Source of the DNA: Spirochaetia bacterium
Lineage (GTDB): Bacteria; Spirochaetota; Spirochaetia; SZUA-6; Bin103
DNA length: 64,000 nucleotides
Direction of reading: 5' to 3'
Assembly: GCA_965203515.1 (NCBI GenBank)
Contig: OZ241907.1
Location: 1,120,001 to 1,184,000, forward strand
The stretch's first letter is position 1, and the number at the start of each line of letters is the position of its first letter. Below the pieces are notes generated by a model. That model was not told the DNA's origin. It saw only the letters and a list, made by a program, of their open reading frames with translations, and made no database searches. Made by a program: the position numbers and the translations under genes. Positions 49,542 through 59,035 of the stretch are shown here, piece after piece.

Positions 49542-50564
49542 TTACGGAGTTCGGCGAAAGCCGGCGACGCGGGCCGCGGCGCCGAACCCCAGGCCGCTCG
49601 GGCCGTCGCGCCGCAGCACGTGGTAGCCGAATCCGGCGATCATCGCCGCGTTGTCGGTGCAGAGCGCCATACGGGGAAAGAACGTCTCGAACTCGGGCTC
49701 GTCGGCCAGACGGCGGCGCAGGTATCGGTTGGCGGCAACGCCGCCGGCGGCGACGATCCGTCGCCGGCCGTGCCGGCGGGCCGCGGCGATCGCCCGGTCG
49801 ACGACGATGTCGATGGCGGACTTCTGAAACGACGCGGCGACGTCGGCGACGCGCTCCGGCGCGGACCGGTCGACGCGGAACTGCTCGCGCTGATGGATCA
49901 CGGCCGTCTTCAGTCCCGAGTACGACACGTCGAACCGGTCGCCGCCGGTCCGCACCGACGGCGCCGGGAACCGATAGGCGTCCGGGTCGCCCCGTTCGGC
50001 CAGCCGCTGGATGGCGACGCCGCCCGGAAAGCCGATGTCGAAATGCTTGGCGACCTTGTCGAACGCCTCGCCGCAGGCGTCGTCGACGGTCGCGCCGAGC
50101 ACCTCCCAGCGATCCAACCCCTGCACGTCGATGATCAGCGTGTGTCCGCCGGACAGCAGCAGGGCGACGTACGGGTAGTCGATGTCGCGCTCCATGTGCG
50201 GGGAATAGACGTGGGCGCGGATGTGGTCGACCGCCACCAGCGGTTTGCCGGTCGCCAGCGCCAGCCCCTTGGCGTACGAGACGCCGACCAGCAGCGATCC
50301 GATCAGTCCCGGCCGGCAGGTGACCGCCAGCGCGTCGATCTGCGCCAGGGTGCAGCCGGCCTCCGCCAGCCCGCGGGCGACCACGGCGTCGATCCACTCC
50401 ACGTGCATCCGCGAGGCGATCTCCGGCACCACGCCGGCGAAGGGACGGTGCGCCTCCACCTGGGACGCCACCTCGTTGGAGAGGATCGCCGTGCCGCCGC
50501 GAACCACCGCGGCGGCGCACTCGTCACAGGAGGTCTCGATGCCCAGGATGAGGCCGGAGGTCAC
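49542..50564 (-). CDS. tsaD: tRNA t6A37 synthesis protein TsaD
   Basis: ILGIETSCDE, GVVPEIASRMH, H..AH, LLSGGHT, DDACGEAFDKVA, GGVAAN, CTDNAAMIA. Confidence 0.97.
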   Translation of the reverse strand: MTSGLILGIETSCDECAAAVVRGGTAILSNEVASQVEAHRPFAGVVPEIASRMHVEWIDAVVARGLAEAGCTLAQIDALAVTCRPGLIGSLLVGVSYAKGLALATGKPLVAVDHIRAHVYSPHMERDIDYPYVALLLSGGHTLIIDVQGLDRWEVLGATVDDACGEAFDKVAKHFDIGFPGGVAIQRLAERGDPDAYRFPAPSVRTGGDRFDVSYSGLKTAVIHQREQFRVDRSAPERVADVAASFQKSAIDIVVDRAIAAARRHGRRRIVAAGGVAANRYLRRRLADEPEFETFFPRMALCTDNAAMIAGFGYHVLRRDGPSGLGFGAAARVAGFRRTP

Positions 50565-51538
50565 CGCGGCAGCAGATCGGAGAGGTAGACCAGCTCGAAC
50601 CCGGCGCGCTCGATCTCCGGCAGCCGCATCTCCAGGACCGAGAGTACGACGCGGTTGGTCACGTGACCGATCAGGATCGCCCTCCCCCGCTCGCGGGCGA
50701 TCGCCATGCCGCGGTCGATCGCGGAGCTCACCGTCGCCTCGTCGGCGGACACGTCGAGGAACACGTCCCGGCTCAGGAACGGCACGCCGTACCGCGCGGC
50801 CGACTCCGCGGCGACCGAGTCGGAGGTGGTGCGGCTGTCCAGGAAGAACCGGTCGGTCCGCTTCAGGTACGCCATGATGGTGTCCATGATGCGCCGATCG
50901 GCGGTCGCCCGTGAGCCCATGTGGTTGTTCACGCCGCGGGTGCCGACCGAACCGAAGTGCCGGTCCAACAGACCGATCACGGCCGGCTCGTCGTAGCCTA
51001 CCCTGATCGCGCCGGGGCCGGGGTCGGACGGCCCCTGCGGCTCCATGGGGAGATGCAGGATCACCTCCTTGCCGGCCTGCGCGGCGCGCGCTGCCACCTC
51101 CGCGCTGAACTCGAGCTGCGGCAGCACGGCGAGCGAGAGCTTGCCGGGAAAGCGAAGATACGCTTCGGTGTCGGCGACGTTGTGACCGGCGTCGTCGAGC
51201 ACGATCGCCAGCGGAATCGGCCGTCCCGGGATCGGCCGTCCCGGATTCGGTCGTTGCGCGGTCGGCCGGCGGGGCGCTGCGGCCTGCGGCTCGGCGGTGC
51301 GGGGCCGGACGATGCTCGGCAGCGCCGGTTCCATCGCCGGCCAGCTCACCGGAGCCGGCGCGCGCCCGCCGGGAGGAACTACCAGGAGGATACCCAGCGC
51401 CAGCGCTCCGGCGCCCAGGACCCCGGACGCGCGTGCCAGGGTGACCTGCGACGGCAGCCGCGGCCGCGCCTTCCGGGGCTTCTCGCTCCGGGGCTTCTCG
51501 TTTCGAGCCTTCTCGCTCCGGGCCTTGGGTTCCTTCAA
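50561..51538 (-). CDS. Divergent polysaccharide deacetylase (YibQ-like)
   Basis: AIVLDDAG, EVILHLPMEP, GVNNHMGS, FFLDSRT, RDVFLD, ILIGH; N-terminal TM and 15-nt repeats (EKARN/EKPRS). Confidence 0.92.
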   Translation of the reverse strand: MKEPKARSEKARNEKPRSEKPRKARPRLPSQVTLARASGVLGAGALALGILLVVPPGGRAPAPVSWPAMEPALPSIVRPRTAEPQAAAPRRPTAQRPNPGRPIPGRPIPLAIVLDDAGHNVADTEAYLRFPGKLSLAVLPQLEFSAEVAARAAQAGKEVILHLPMEPQGPSDPGPGAIRVGYDEPAVIGLLDRHFGSVGTRGVNNHMGSRATADRRIMDTIMAYLKRTDRFFLDSRTTSDSVAAESAARYGVPFLSRDVFLDVSADEATVSSAIDRGMAIARERGRAILIGHVTNRVVLSVLEMRLPEIERAGFELVYLSDLLPR

Positions 51539-51617
51539 GCCGACTTACTCCCGCCGGCGGGCCGGTGACGGCTCGACCGGCACTGTGTCATTATCGGCAC
51601 CGGCGCCGTACGCGTTG

Positions 51618-51693
51618 ACGGGGCGCATTTCCATAAAGAAGCCGCCAAGCCGCCCGACGCTCACTTTACCACGTTTTTGGAAATGCGCCCCGT
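51618..51693 (-). repeat. Inverted-repeat element, copy 2 (opposite orientation to copy 1)
   Basis: Perfect 16-bp IR ACGGGGCGCATTTCCA / TGGAAATGCGCCCCGT; minus-strand core GCGTCGGGCGGCTTGGCGG is 18/19 identical to copy 1. Confidence 0.75.
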
Positions 51694-51740
51694 GACGGGG
51701 CGCATAGGCAAACGAACGTCCGCTGCACTATGATCCCGCC

Positions 51741-53024
51741 GTGCAGGAAGCCACCGCATTCGAACGGATCGTCACCCTGGACGGGGCGCACATCAAGTTC
51801 GGCCCCGGCGCGACCGGCGAGACCGGTTTCGAAGCGCGCCGACTGGGCACGTCGCGGGTGATGGTCCTGACCGACCGCACGCTCCGCGACGGACCGCAGG
51901 TCGCCGCCGTTCTGGCCTCGCTCGATGCCGCCGGCATCGACGCCGGCGTCTACGACCGCGTCCGGATCGAGCCTACCGACCGCTCCTTTCGCGACGCCAT
52001 CGCCGCCGCGGACCGCGGGCGGTATGACGGCTTCGTAGCGGTGGGCGGCGGCTCGGTGATCGACACCGCCAAGGCCGCCAACCTGTACCACACCTACCCG
52101 TCCGATTTTCTGGACTACGTGAACCACCCGGTCGGCCGCGGGCGACCGGTGCCGGGACCATTGAAGCCGCTCATCGCGGTGCCGACCACCGCCGGCACCG
52201 GCAGCGAGACGACCGGCGTGGCGATCTTCGATCTGGAGAGCCTGCACGCCAAGACCGGCATCGCCCATCGCGCGCTGAAGCCGGCAGTGGGGATCGTCGA
52301 TCCCGACAACACCCGCTCGATGCCGCCGCTGGCGGCCGCGTGCACGGGCCTGGACGTGCTCAGCCACGCGATCGAGTCCTACACCGCCCTCCCCTACACC
52401 CGGCGGCCGGCCCCGGACGACCCGTCGATGCGGCCCTCGTACCAGGGAAGCAACCCGATGAGCGACGTGTGGTCCTCCCGCGCCATAGAGATGGTGGCCG
52501 CCAACCTGCCGGCAGCCATGGCCGGCGACGCGGCGTCGCAGGCGCAGATGCTGCTTGCCGCCACCTTTGCCGGCTTCGGGTTCGGCAACGCGGGCTGCCA
52601 CCTGCCGCACGGAATGTCCTACCCGGTCTCCAGCAACGTGCGCGACTACCGGCCGGTCGGATATCCGGACGATCACCCCATGATCCCGCATGGGATGTCG
52701 GTGATCCTGAACGCCCCCGCGGTGTTCCGCTGGACCGCCGCCGCCGATCCCGATCGCCACCTGCAGGCGGCGGCGCTGATGGGCGCCGAAGTCGCCGGCG
52801 TCCCCGCGCCGGAAGCCGGCGAAGCGGCCGCGCAGGCGATCATCGACCTGATGCGGCGCACCGGCATGCCGAACGGCCTTTCGGCCGTGGGATACTCCCC
52901 GGCCGACGTCGACACGCTGGTCGGCGGCACGCTGCCCCAGCACCGGGTCACCAGGCTCTGCCCCCGCCCCTTCGACGAACGGGACCTGGCGCGGCTGTTC
53001 GAAGGCGCGATGCGCTACTGGTGA
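51741..53024 (+). CDS. Hydroxyacid-oxoacid transhydrogenase (iron-containing ADH family, ADHFE1-like)
   Basis: VRIEPTD.SF, GGGSVIDTAK, FLDYVN.PVG.G.P, PTTAGTGSETTG, GNAGCHLPHGMSYP, PHGMSV. Confidence 0.9.
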   Translation: MQEATAFERIVTLDGAHIKFGPGATGETGFEARRLGTSRVMVLTDRTLRDGPQVAAVLASLDAAGIDAGVYDRVRIEPTDRSFRDAIAAADRGRYDGFVAVGGGSVIDTAKAANLYHTYPSDFLDYVNHPVGRGRPVPGPLKPLIAVPTTAGTGSETTGVAIFDLESLHAKTGIAHRALKPAVGIVDPDNTRSMPPLAAACTGLDVLSHAIESYTALPYTRRPAPDDPSMRPSYQGSNPMSDVWSSRAIEMVAANLPAAMAGDAASQAQMLLAATFAGFGFGNAGCHLPHGMSYPVSSNVRDYRPVGYPDDHPMIPHGMSVILNAPAVFRWTAAADPDRHLQAAALMGAEVAGVPAPEAGEAAAQAIIDLMRRTGMPNGLSAVGYSPADVDTLVGGTLPQHRVTRLCPRPFDERDLARLFEGAMRYW

Positions 53025-53065
53025 GCGCGCGCTCAGATGAGCCGGGTCTCAGATGAGCGCCGGGC

Positions 53066-54211
53066 TCAGATGCTGACCGGCCGGCCGGAAGCCGCCGACT
53101 CGTACCCGGCCATCAGCACCTCGACGTGGTGCAGCGCGTCGCGAGCGGTCACCTCCGGCCGCGCGCCCGAATCGAGACAGTCCAGGAACGCGGCGACGTC
53201 GGATCGCTCCTCGCGTTGCAGGGTGACCCAGCGGTCCTTGACCGGCGGCTGCGTCTCCCGCCCCGTCGACGCCCACATCTGCATCGGGTCATGGGGATGC
53301 ACGGGCGCGGTGGTGATCACCCGGTCGGTGTTGTAGATCTCGACGCGCGGGTGCGACTCCGCGAACGTGGCCGGCCCCTCCTCGCCCGCGATCGTCACGC
53401 GCCGCTCGCCGACCTGCGGATGGCACGGCATGCCGATGCGGCCGCAGCACGCCGTGGCGACGGTGCCGTCGTCGAGCGTCAGCACCAGCGCTCCGTAGTC
53501 CTCGATCCCCAACTCCGCGTGCTCGGCGAAGAAGTAGTTGCCGGTGACCCCGTACACGGAGGCGGCGCGGCGCCCGGTCAGCCAGTGGATGAGCGCTACC
53601 GGGTAGACGCCCATGTCGAACAGCTCGCGCTTCGCCGCGACGTGGGTAAAGATGCCGTCCGAGCCGTGTTCGCGGCGGACCGTGCCGGCCGGCACGGTGC
53701 CGGGCCGGCCCTTGGCCATCAGCATGTCGGCGTGCACCGCCCCGATGCGGCCGAGCGCTCCCGAGCGCACGACCGCCTTGGCCTCCTGCGCCCACGGGGC
53801 GTGCACGGTGGTGAGCATCTGCGTGACCACGCCGGCGGCATCGGCGGCGTCGGCGATCGCGCGGGCGTCCGCCACGCTGCCGGCCAGCGGCTTGTCGAGG
53901 TAGAGATGCTTGCCGCAGGCCAGCGCCGCCTGCGCCACGCGCGCCCGCCGTTCGACGTCGACGCAGCTCACGACCACGTCGACGCCGGGAAGCGCCAGCG
54001 CCTCCCCCAGCGACAGGTACGGCACGTCCAGCTCGGCGGCGAGCAGGCGATTCAACCCCTCGCGGTACTGGGAAACGCCGCGCTCGTCGGCGACGGCGAC
54101 CAGCTCGCAACGCGGGTCGTCGGCGAACTCGCGCGCGTAGCTTTCGAGGTGGGTCCGATTGCCGCCCAGCGCCACCACTCGGTACGCGGCTGCTACCCGG
54201 TGCGCGGCCAT
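53066..54211 (-). CDS. Gfo/Idh/MocA family oxidoreductase
   Basis: Rossmann-like start, GKHLYLDKPLA, SGALGRIGAV, LFDMGVYP, AGYESAASG. Confidence 0.85.
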   Translation of the reverse strand: MAAHRVAAAYRVVALGGNRTHLESYAREFADDPRCELVAVADERGVSQYREGLNRLLAAELDVPYLSLGEALALPGVDVVVSCVDVERRARVAQAALACGKHLYLDKPLAGSVADARAIADAADAAGVVTQMLTTVHAPWAQEAKAVVRSGALGRIGAVHADMLMAKGRPGTVPAGTVRREHGSDGIFTHVAAKRELFDMGVYPVALIHWLTGRRAASVYGVTGNYFFAEHAELGIEDYGALVLTLDDGTVATACCGRIGMPCHPQVGERRVTIAGEEGPATFAESHPRVEIYNTDRVITTAPVHPHDPMQMWASTGRETQPPVKDRWVTLQREERSDVAAFLDCLDSGARPEVTARDALHHVEVLMAGYESAASGRPVSI

Positions 54212-54621
54212 CACCGCGCCTCGCGCGCGCGGGGTACGGCGGACGGCTCGATGCGGTGATAGATGCAGCCGCGCGATCCCATCAGCACCAGATTGCCGGC
54301 GGTGGCGCCGCGCCCCGCGTCGATCGCCAGCAGGGCGCTCTGACCGCCCGGCCAGCGCAGCAGGGACGCGGTGGACCGGTCCGCCTCCCCCGCCCCGTAA
54401 TCGTGGTCGGCCGGTCCCCCGAACCAGGCGGCTGCGCAACGCCGCGCGGCCGCGGCGGTCTCCGCCTGCGCGCCGGCGGCTTCCGCACGGTCCGCCTGTA
54501 CGTGCACGGTCAGTCGCAACGCCTTGGGCGCGCCGATACGGCCGGCGTCGACCGCCGCTCCCACGGTGCGCGCCAGCGCGTCCCAGTAGCCGGCGGACAG
54601 ATCATCGGTCGGCGCGCTCAC
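54211..54621 (-). CDS. Hypothetical protein resembling a stand-alone Gfo/Idh/MocA C-terminal module
   Basis: AGRIGAPKALRL, AAWFGG, LRWPGGQSAL, LVLMGSRG; stop overlaps the downstream oxidoreductase start. Confidence 0.6.
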   Translation of the reverse strand: MSAPTDDLSAGYWDALARTVGAAVDAGRIGAPKALRLTVHVQADRAEAAGAQAETAAAARRCAAAWFGGPADHDYGAGEADRSTASLLRWPGGQSALLAIDAGRGATAGNLVLMGSRGCIYHRIEPSAVPRAREAR

Positions 54622-54682
54622 CGGGTGTGCCTCATCCGTGCTCCTCGCTTCGCCGGCGATCCTAAGCTACTCTGACGCCCTG

Positions 54683-55516
54683 ATGGAATCGGGCCATGCG
54701 CTGACGCAGGATCAGATCGACTACTTTGACGCGTTCGGCTTTCTCCGGCTGCGGGGGCTGTTCGACGAAGCGGCGATCGGGCCGGTCGTCGCGGCCGCCG
54801 ACGCCCTCTGGAAGGAGGACTTCGGCGGCGAACCGGACCCGGCCGCGACCTTGATGCAGGACCGCTTCGTGGAGCGCAGCGCCCTCCTGCTGTCGCTGAT
54901 CGACGACGCCCGACTGTACGACAAACTGGCCCAGCTCCTGGGTGAGCGTTTCGTCTTCTGCGGCTCGGAGGGCAACCACGGGGTGGCGGGGTCGCCCACC
55001 GCCCACCACTGGCACGCCGATCGGCCGGGAGCCGCCGAGCTGGGATACCTGCGCATCAAGGTGATGCTGTACCTGAGTCCCATGACCCAGGACAACGGCG
55101 CCCTGCGGGTCATTCCCGGGTCGCACCGCGCGCCGTTCCACCAGGCGCTGCTTCCCTTCAACCGGCGCCACGTGGAGCCTGACCCGATCTTCTTCGGCGA
55201 ACACGGTTCGCGGATACCGGCCCACGTCATCGAGACCGATCCGGGCGACGCGGTGCTCTTCTCGCAGACCCTGTTTCACGCCGTGTACTTCAAGGTACGC
55301 CCGGTCCGCCGCTACGTCGCCCTCAAGTACGCGAGCTGGCCGAAGAGCTACGCGCAGTTCGCCACGCTGCAACGCTGGAGTTCCGGCGCCTTCGATCCCG
55401 CGCCGCAGCTCCGATCGTGCCGGCGGCCGCGCGTGCGGGCGATGGTGGAGCCGATTCTGGCCGCCGCGCAGACGGTTGCCGACTGGCCCGCAGACGTGCC
55501 CTGGGAAACTTCATAG
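54683..55516 (+). CDS. PhyH-family Fe(II)/2-oxoglutarate dioxygenase
   Basis: LTQDQIDYFDAFGFL, WHAD (HxD), GALRVIPGSH, PGDAVLF...LFH. Confidence 0.9.
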   Translation: MESGHALTQDQIDYFDAFGFLRLRGLFDEAAIGPVVAAADALWKEDFGGEPDPAATLMQDRFVERSALLLSLIDDARLYDKLAQLLGERFVFCGSEGNHGVAGSPTAHHWHADRPGAAELGYLRIKVMLYLSPMTQDNGALRVIPGSHRAPFHQALLPFNRRHVEPDPIFFGEHGSRIPAHVIETDPGDAVLFSQTLFHAVYFKVRPVRRYVALKYASWPKSYAQFATLQRWSSGAFDPAPQLRSCRRPRVRAMVEPILAAAQTVADWPADVPWETS

Positions 55517-55550
55517 TCCAGGGCCTTTCCAGGTCGCGAACAGTTGCTCT

Positions 55551-55666
55551 TGATATTGGCCATTATTTTGTATACATCTTAATATGATGTATGTACTAAA
55601 GCATACCTTTATGAATCTTTAGTAGCACATAGTGATAGCAATAGTAATCTTTTGCATACTATATGC
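55551..55666. other. Very AT-rich intergenic patch containing three consecutive inverted repeats
   Basis: 31 G+C in 114 nt (55551-55664) against ~70% GC flanks. Confidence 0.85.
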
Positions 55667-55668
55667 CG

Positions 55669-56886
55669 TCATCCGGACCGGCGGGTCATCACCAGCAGCG
55701 CGATCGACAGCGCGCCCAGCGTGACGGTCATCGCCAGATAGACCGCCATGCCGCTGCGGATGCCGAACGCCTCGGCGACCACCGCGATCGCCAGCGGGAC
55801 CAGCATGCTGCCGAGTCCGCCGGCGGCGCTGGTCAGTCCCATCGCCTGACTGCGGCGGGTCGGGTACTCCGACCCCGCCAGCAGGATCAGCAACGGGTAG
55901 AGCGCCGACAGGCCGACGCCGGTGACGGCGGCGCCGGCAGCGGCCCACGTGATCCCGCCGGCCGGTACCGTGATCGCCAGGCCGACCACGGCGACCGACG
56001 CCAGCGCCACGATCAGGCGGGAGTGGCGGGTGCCGCGATGCAGGATGGCGACGCCCACCCGGCCCAGGCAGAGACCGACCCAGTACAGGGAGACGACCCG
56101 CGCCCCCTGCGCGACGGAGCCGCCGACCGCGGCGACGACGAACTCGCTCATCCACGACGCCGTGCCGAGCTCGACGCCGACGTAGACGCCCATCGCCGGC
56201 AGAATCACCATGAGCAGCGCCAGGCTGCGGTCCGGGGCGCCGGCGGACCGCCGCGCCCCCAGCCCGCCGCCGGCGCCCGCCGACGCCGCGCCCGCCGGTG
56301 CGGCCGGGACCGATCCGGTGACGGCGAGCGCCGGACGGGTGAGCAGAATGAGCGCCACCAGCACCGTCGCGGCGCCGAGCAGCCGGTATACCGCCCGCCA
56401 GTCGCCGCCGCCCGCCAGGAACCAGGACACCGTCCACGTCACGGCGATCCCCCCGACCGCGAAGCCGGCATGCACGAGGTTCATGAGCTGTCCGCGCCCG
56501 CGGCGCTCCATGGAGATGGTCAGGTCGTTGCCGGCCACCTCCATCGCTCCGAAGCCGACGCCGAGCACGGCGTAGACCAGCGCGCTCACCGCGACGCTCG
56601 GCCACACCCCGAACAGGAGCAGGCCGAACGCCTCCAGGCCGAGGCCGACCGTTACCGTCAGCCGCACGCCCAGGCGGGGCAGCACGAAGCCGGCCGCGGT
56701 GCTCGACAGCACGAAGGCGGCGGAGCCGGCCGCCACGACCAGCCCGGCATGCGTGTAGGACCAGCCGAGATCCCGGATCATCTGCGGGATCAGCGCGCCG
56801 ATCGCCGCGACCGCGCCGCCCATGACGCCGATGTGCAGCAGCAGCGCCGCGAACAACGATCGGACCTTCGGGTCGCGCGGCAACAT
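55669..56886 (-). CDS. MFS transporter (FucP/TsgA-like)
   Basis: ~12 hydrophobic segments; MNLVHAGFAVGG, YVGVELG.ASW, YWVGL.LGR. Confidence 0.88.
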   Translation of the reverse strand: MLPRDPKVRSLFAALLLHIGVMGGAVAAIGALIPQMIRDLGWSYTHAGLVVAAGSAAFVLSSTAAGFVLPRLGVRLTVTVGLGLEAFGLLLFGVWPSVAVSALVYAVLGVGFGAMEVAGNDLTISMERRGRGQLMNLVHAGFAVGGIAVTWTVSWFLAGGGDWRAVYRLLGAATVLVALILLTRPALAVTGSVPAAPAGAASAGAGGGLGARRSAGAPDRSLALLMVILPAMGVYVGVELGTASWMSEFVVAAVGGSVAQGARVVSLYWVGLCLGRVGVAILHRGTRHSRLIVALASVAVVGLAITVPAGGITWAAAGAAVTGVGLSALYPLLILLAGSEYPTRRSQAMGLTSAAGGLGSMLVPLAIAVVAEAFGIRSGMAVYLAMTVTLGALSIALLVMTRRSG

Positions 56887-56987
56887 GGCGGGCCGCAACG
56901 TAGCACGGCGGCGCCTCAGCGACCGCGCTGCCGGTCTCCGGTCCAGGTACCCGGGGCCGCGCCTCCGGGCAGGTCAGCGAGGACGAG

Positions 56988-57060
56988 AGCCAGAAGTCGG
57001 ATTTGAACCGACGACCTGTTCATTACGAGTGAACCGCTCTGCCAACTGAGCTATTCTGGC
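56988..57060 (-). tRNA. tRNA-Thr(CGT); CCA not encoded
   Basis: Full 73-nt cloverleaf: GCCAGAA/TTCTGGC acceptor, GTTCA-CTCGTAA-TGAAC anticodon arm, GTCGG-TTCAAAT-CCGAC T arm. Confidence 0.97.
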
Positions 57061-57212
57061 CGGTCGTGCGCCGAGCGCACGGACCCTCGTACTATAGCAT
57101 CGATTGCCAGCGTCGACCAGAACGGCTCGGAAGCCGGCCTTCCCCGACCCTCCCCGGCCTCCCCTCCCGAAGCGTTCGGCGCGTCATCCCCGCCCGTGCC
57201 ATAATCGGCGGC

Positions 57213-58166
57213 GTGAAGCCGGGAATCGGCGCGCAGCGCCTCGTCTATCTCAACGGACAGTTCGTTCCGGAGCGGGAAGCCCGCATCTCGATCTTCGACA
57301 GCGCCCTCATGTACGGGGACATGGTGTTCGAGATGACGCGCACCTTCCGTCAGGAGCCGTTCCTCCTCGACCGCCACCTCGACCGCCTGTACGACTCGAT
57401 CGGCTACGCGCAGATCGATTGCGGGTTGAGTCCGGCGCAGATGCTGGCCGCCACCCGGCAGACGATCGAGCGCAACCGCGGCGCCCTCGGCGGCTACGAC
57501 TTCCAGATCATGCACAACGTCACCCGCGGCGGCATGGACCTGTACGCGGAGCTGGTCCGCGAGGGGACCGCGCCGGTGGTGACCATCAACGTGACCCCGC
57601 TCATCCGCCACGTCGGCCGCAGCGCCGATGCCTACGAACGTGGAGCGCACTTCGTCACCACCGCGCAGCGGTCGGTGCCGGCGCGCTACATCGACCCCAA
57701 GGCCAAGAACCGGAGCCGCATCTACTACAAGCTCGCGGAGCTGGAAGCCGCCCGCGTCGAGCCGGGCGCGATGGCGCTGCTCACCGACGAACGCGGCTTC
57801 GTCACCGAAGGGACCGGCAACAACTTCTTCATGGTGCGCGGCGGCCGCATCCTCACGCCGAAACCGCACGACATCCTGCGCGGCGTCTCCCGCGGCTACT
57901 GCATGGAGCTGGCCGACGCGGCCGGCATCCCGGTCGACGAGGCGGACATCGAGCCGTATGACGTCCGCCAGGCCAGCGAGGCGTGGTACACCTCCACCTC
58001 CATCGCGATGGTGCCGGTGACCCGCTTCAACGGGGGGCCGGTCGGCTCGGGCGCGCCCGGCCCTGTCTACCGGCGCCTGCTGAGCGCGTGGTCGACCAGC
58101 GTGGGGGTCGACATTCCCGCGCAGGCCCGGCGGTACGCCGGCCTGGCCGCCGACTGGCAGCCCTGA
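57213..58166 (+). CDS. Class IV PLP aminotransferase (IlvE/D-amino-acid transaminase-like)
   Basis: VYLNGQFV, D....YGD.VFE, HLDRL, DPKAK, EGTGNNFF, ILRGVSR; GTG 57213 chosen. Confidence 0.9.
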   Translation: MKPGIGAQRLVYLNGQFVPEREARISIFDSALMYGDMVFEMTRTFRQEPFLLDRHLDRLYDSIGYAQIDCGLSPAQMLAATRQTIERNRGALGGYDFQIMHNVTRGGMDLYAELVREGTAPVVTINVTPLIRHVGRSADAYERGAHFVTTAQRSVPARYIDPKAKNRSRIYYKLAELEAARVEPGAMALLTDERGFVTEGTGNNFFMVRGGRILTPKPHDILRGVSRGYCMELADAAGIPVDEADIEPYDVRQASEAWYTSTSIAMVPVTRFNGGPVGSGAPGPVYRRLLSAWSTSVGVDIPAQARRYAGLAADWQP

Positions 58167-58183
58167 ACCCTAAGCCCTGATCG

Positions 58184-58999
58184 TCAGCCGCCGCCAAGGC
58201 CGGCGAAGCCCCAGGTGCGCAGCGCCGCGACCCAGCGCCCCCGCGTGGGGCTGCCCGCGGGGTTGGCGACCCAGTGCGGATGGCGCGCCAGCAGCGGAAA
58301 CGCCTCCAGCAGCTCGGCATCCTGCCGCACCAGCTCCGCCATCGCCGCCTCTTCGGCCGACGTTGCCGGCACGGCAACGTATCCAAGACTGCACATGCTG
58401 CGACCTTGGCGACCGCCCCAGCTCGCATGCCACACCCGGCTGTCGAACGCGATCACGTCGCCGGGCTCGGACCGCGCCACGTACGCCGGGACCTCGTCGA
58501 CCTCCAGTCCGCCGGCGTCCAGGACGCGCAAATTCGACTCCTTGAGGCCGATCTTCCGCAGGTCGGAGTGGAGCGGCTCCTTGTGCGACCCCGGTATGAA
58601 GCGCAGGGCGCCGGTCCGCTCGTCGAGCGGCTGCAGATAGAAGGCGAACTTGACCCCGCGGCGGAGGAGCGTGGACGAGTCCGGGTGCCACTCCGTGCGA
58701 TCGCCGTCGAAGGAGTTGCCGTTGGCGTAGAAGCCGATCACGGGCCCGCCGCAGAACCGCTCGGCAGCGCCGACGAACCGCGAGTCCTCCAGCAGCGAGC
58801 CCAGAAACGGCGTGTCCGGCCCCAGGTTGGACCAGTTGAGCTGCTTGCGGATGCCGCGCCGCTCGGTCGCCGCGGCGGCGCGCGAGCGCCCGACGTCGAA
58901 CTCGGCGCGCACCGTGTCGAGCTCGCCGGAGGCGAACACGCCGCGCAGCACCAGAAAGCCGAAGGTCTCGAACTGCGTCACGTGACGATCGGTAAGCAT
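58184..58999 (-). CDS. PhyH-family Fe(II)/2-oxoglutarate dioxygenase
   Basis: FETFGFLVL, WHPD, GALRFIPGSH, PGDVIAFD..VWH; SD GAGGAG. Confidence 0.9.
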   Translation of the reverse strand: MLTDRHVTQFETFGFLVLRGVFASGELDTVRAEFDVGRSRAAAATERRGIRKQLNWSNLGPDTPFLGSLLEDSRFVGAAERFCGGPVIGFYANGNSFDGDRTEWHPDSSTLLRRGVKFAFYLQPLDERTGALRFIPGSHKEPLHSDLRKIGLKESNLRVLDAGGLEVDEVPAYVARSEPGDVIAFDSRVWHASWGGRQGRSMCSLGYVAVPATSAEEAAMAELVRQDAELLEAFPLLARHPHWVANPAGSPTRGRWVAALRTWGFAGLGGG

Positions 59000-59035
59000 C
59001 GCGGTCTCCTCAAGGTCGTCGTGGTCGGTCCGCCT

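Noticed and set aside
53022..53072. CTCAGATG x3 and palindrome TGAGCGCGCGCTCA between convergent genes
   Set aside because: Explained as stutter of the oxidoreductase stop region plus a possible weak terminator; no evidence of a separate element.
51700..56988. Integrative island anchored at the tRNA-Thr 3' end
   Set aside because: No integrase and no duplicate of the tRNA 3' end found by eye; composition of the genes resembles the core.
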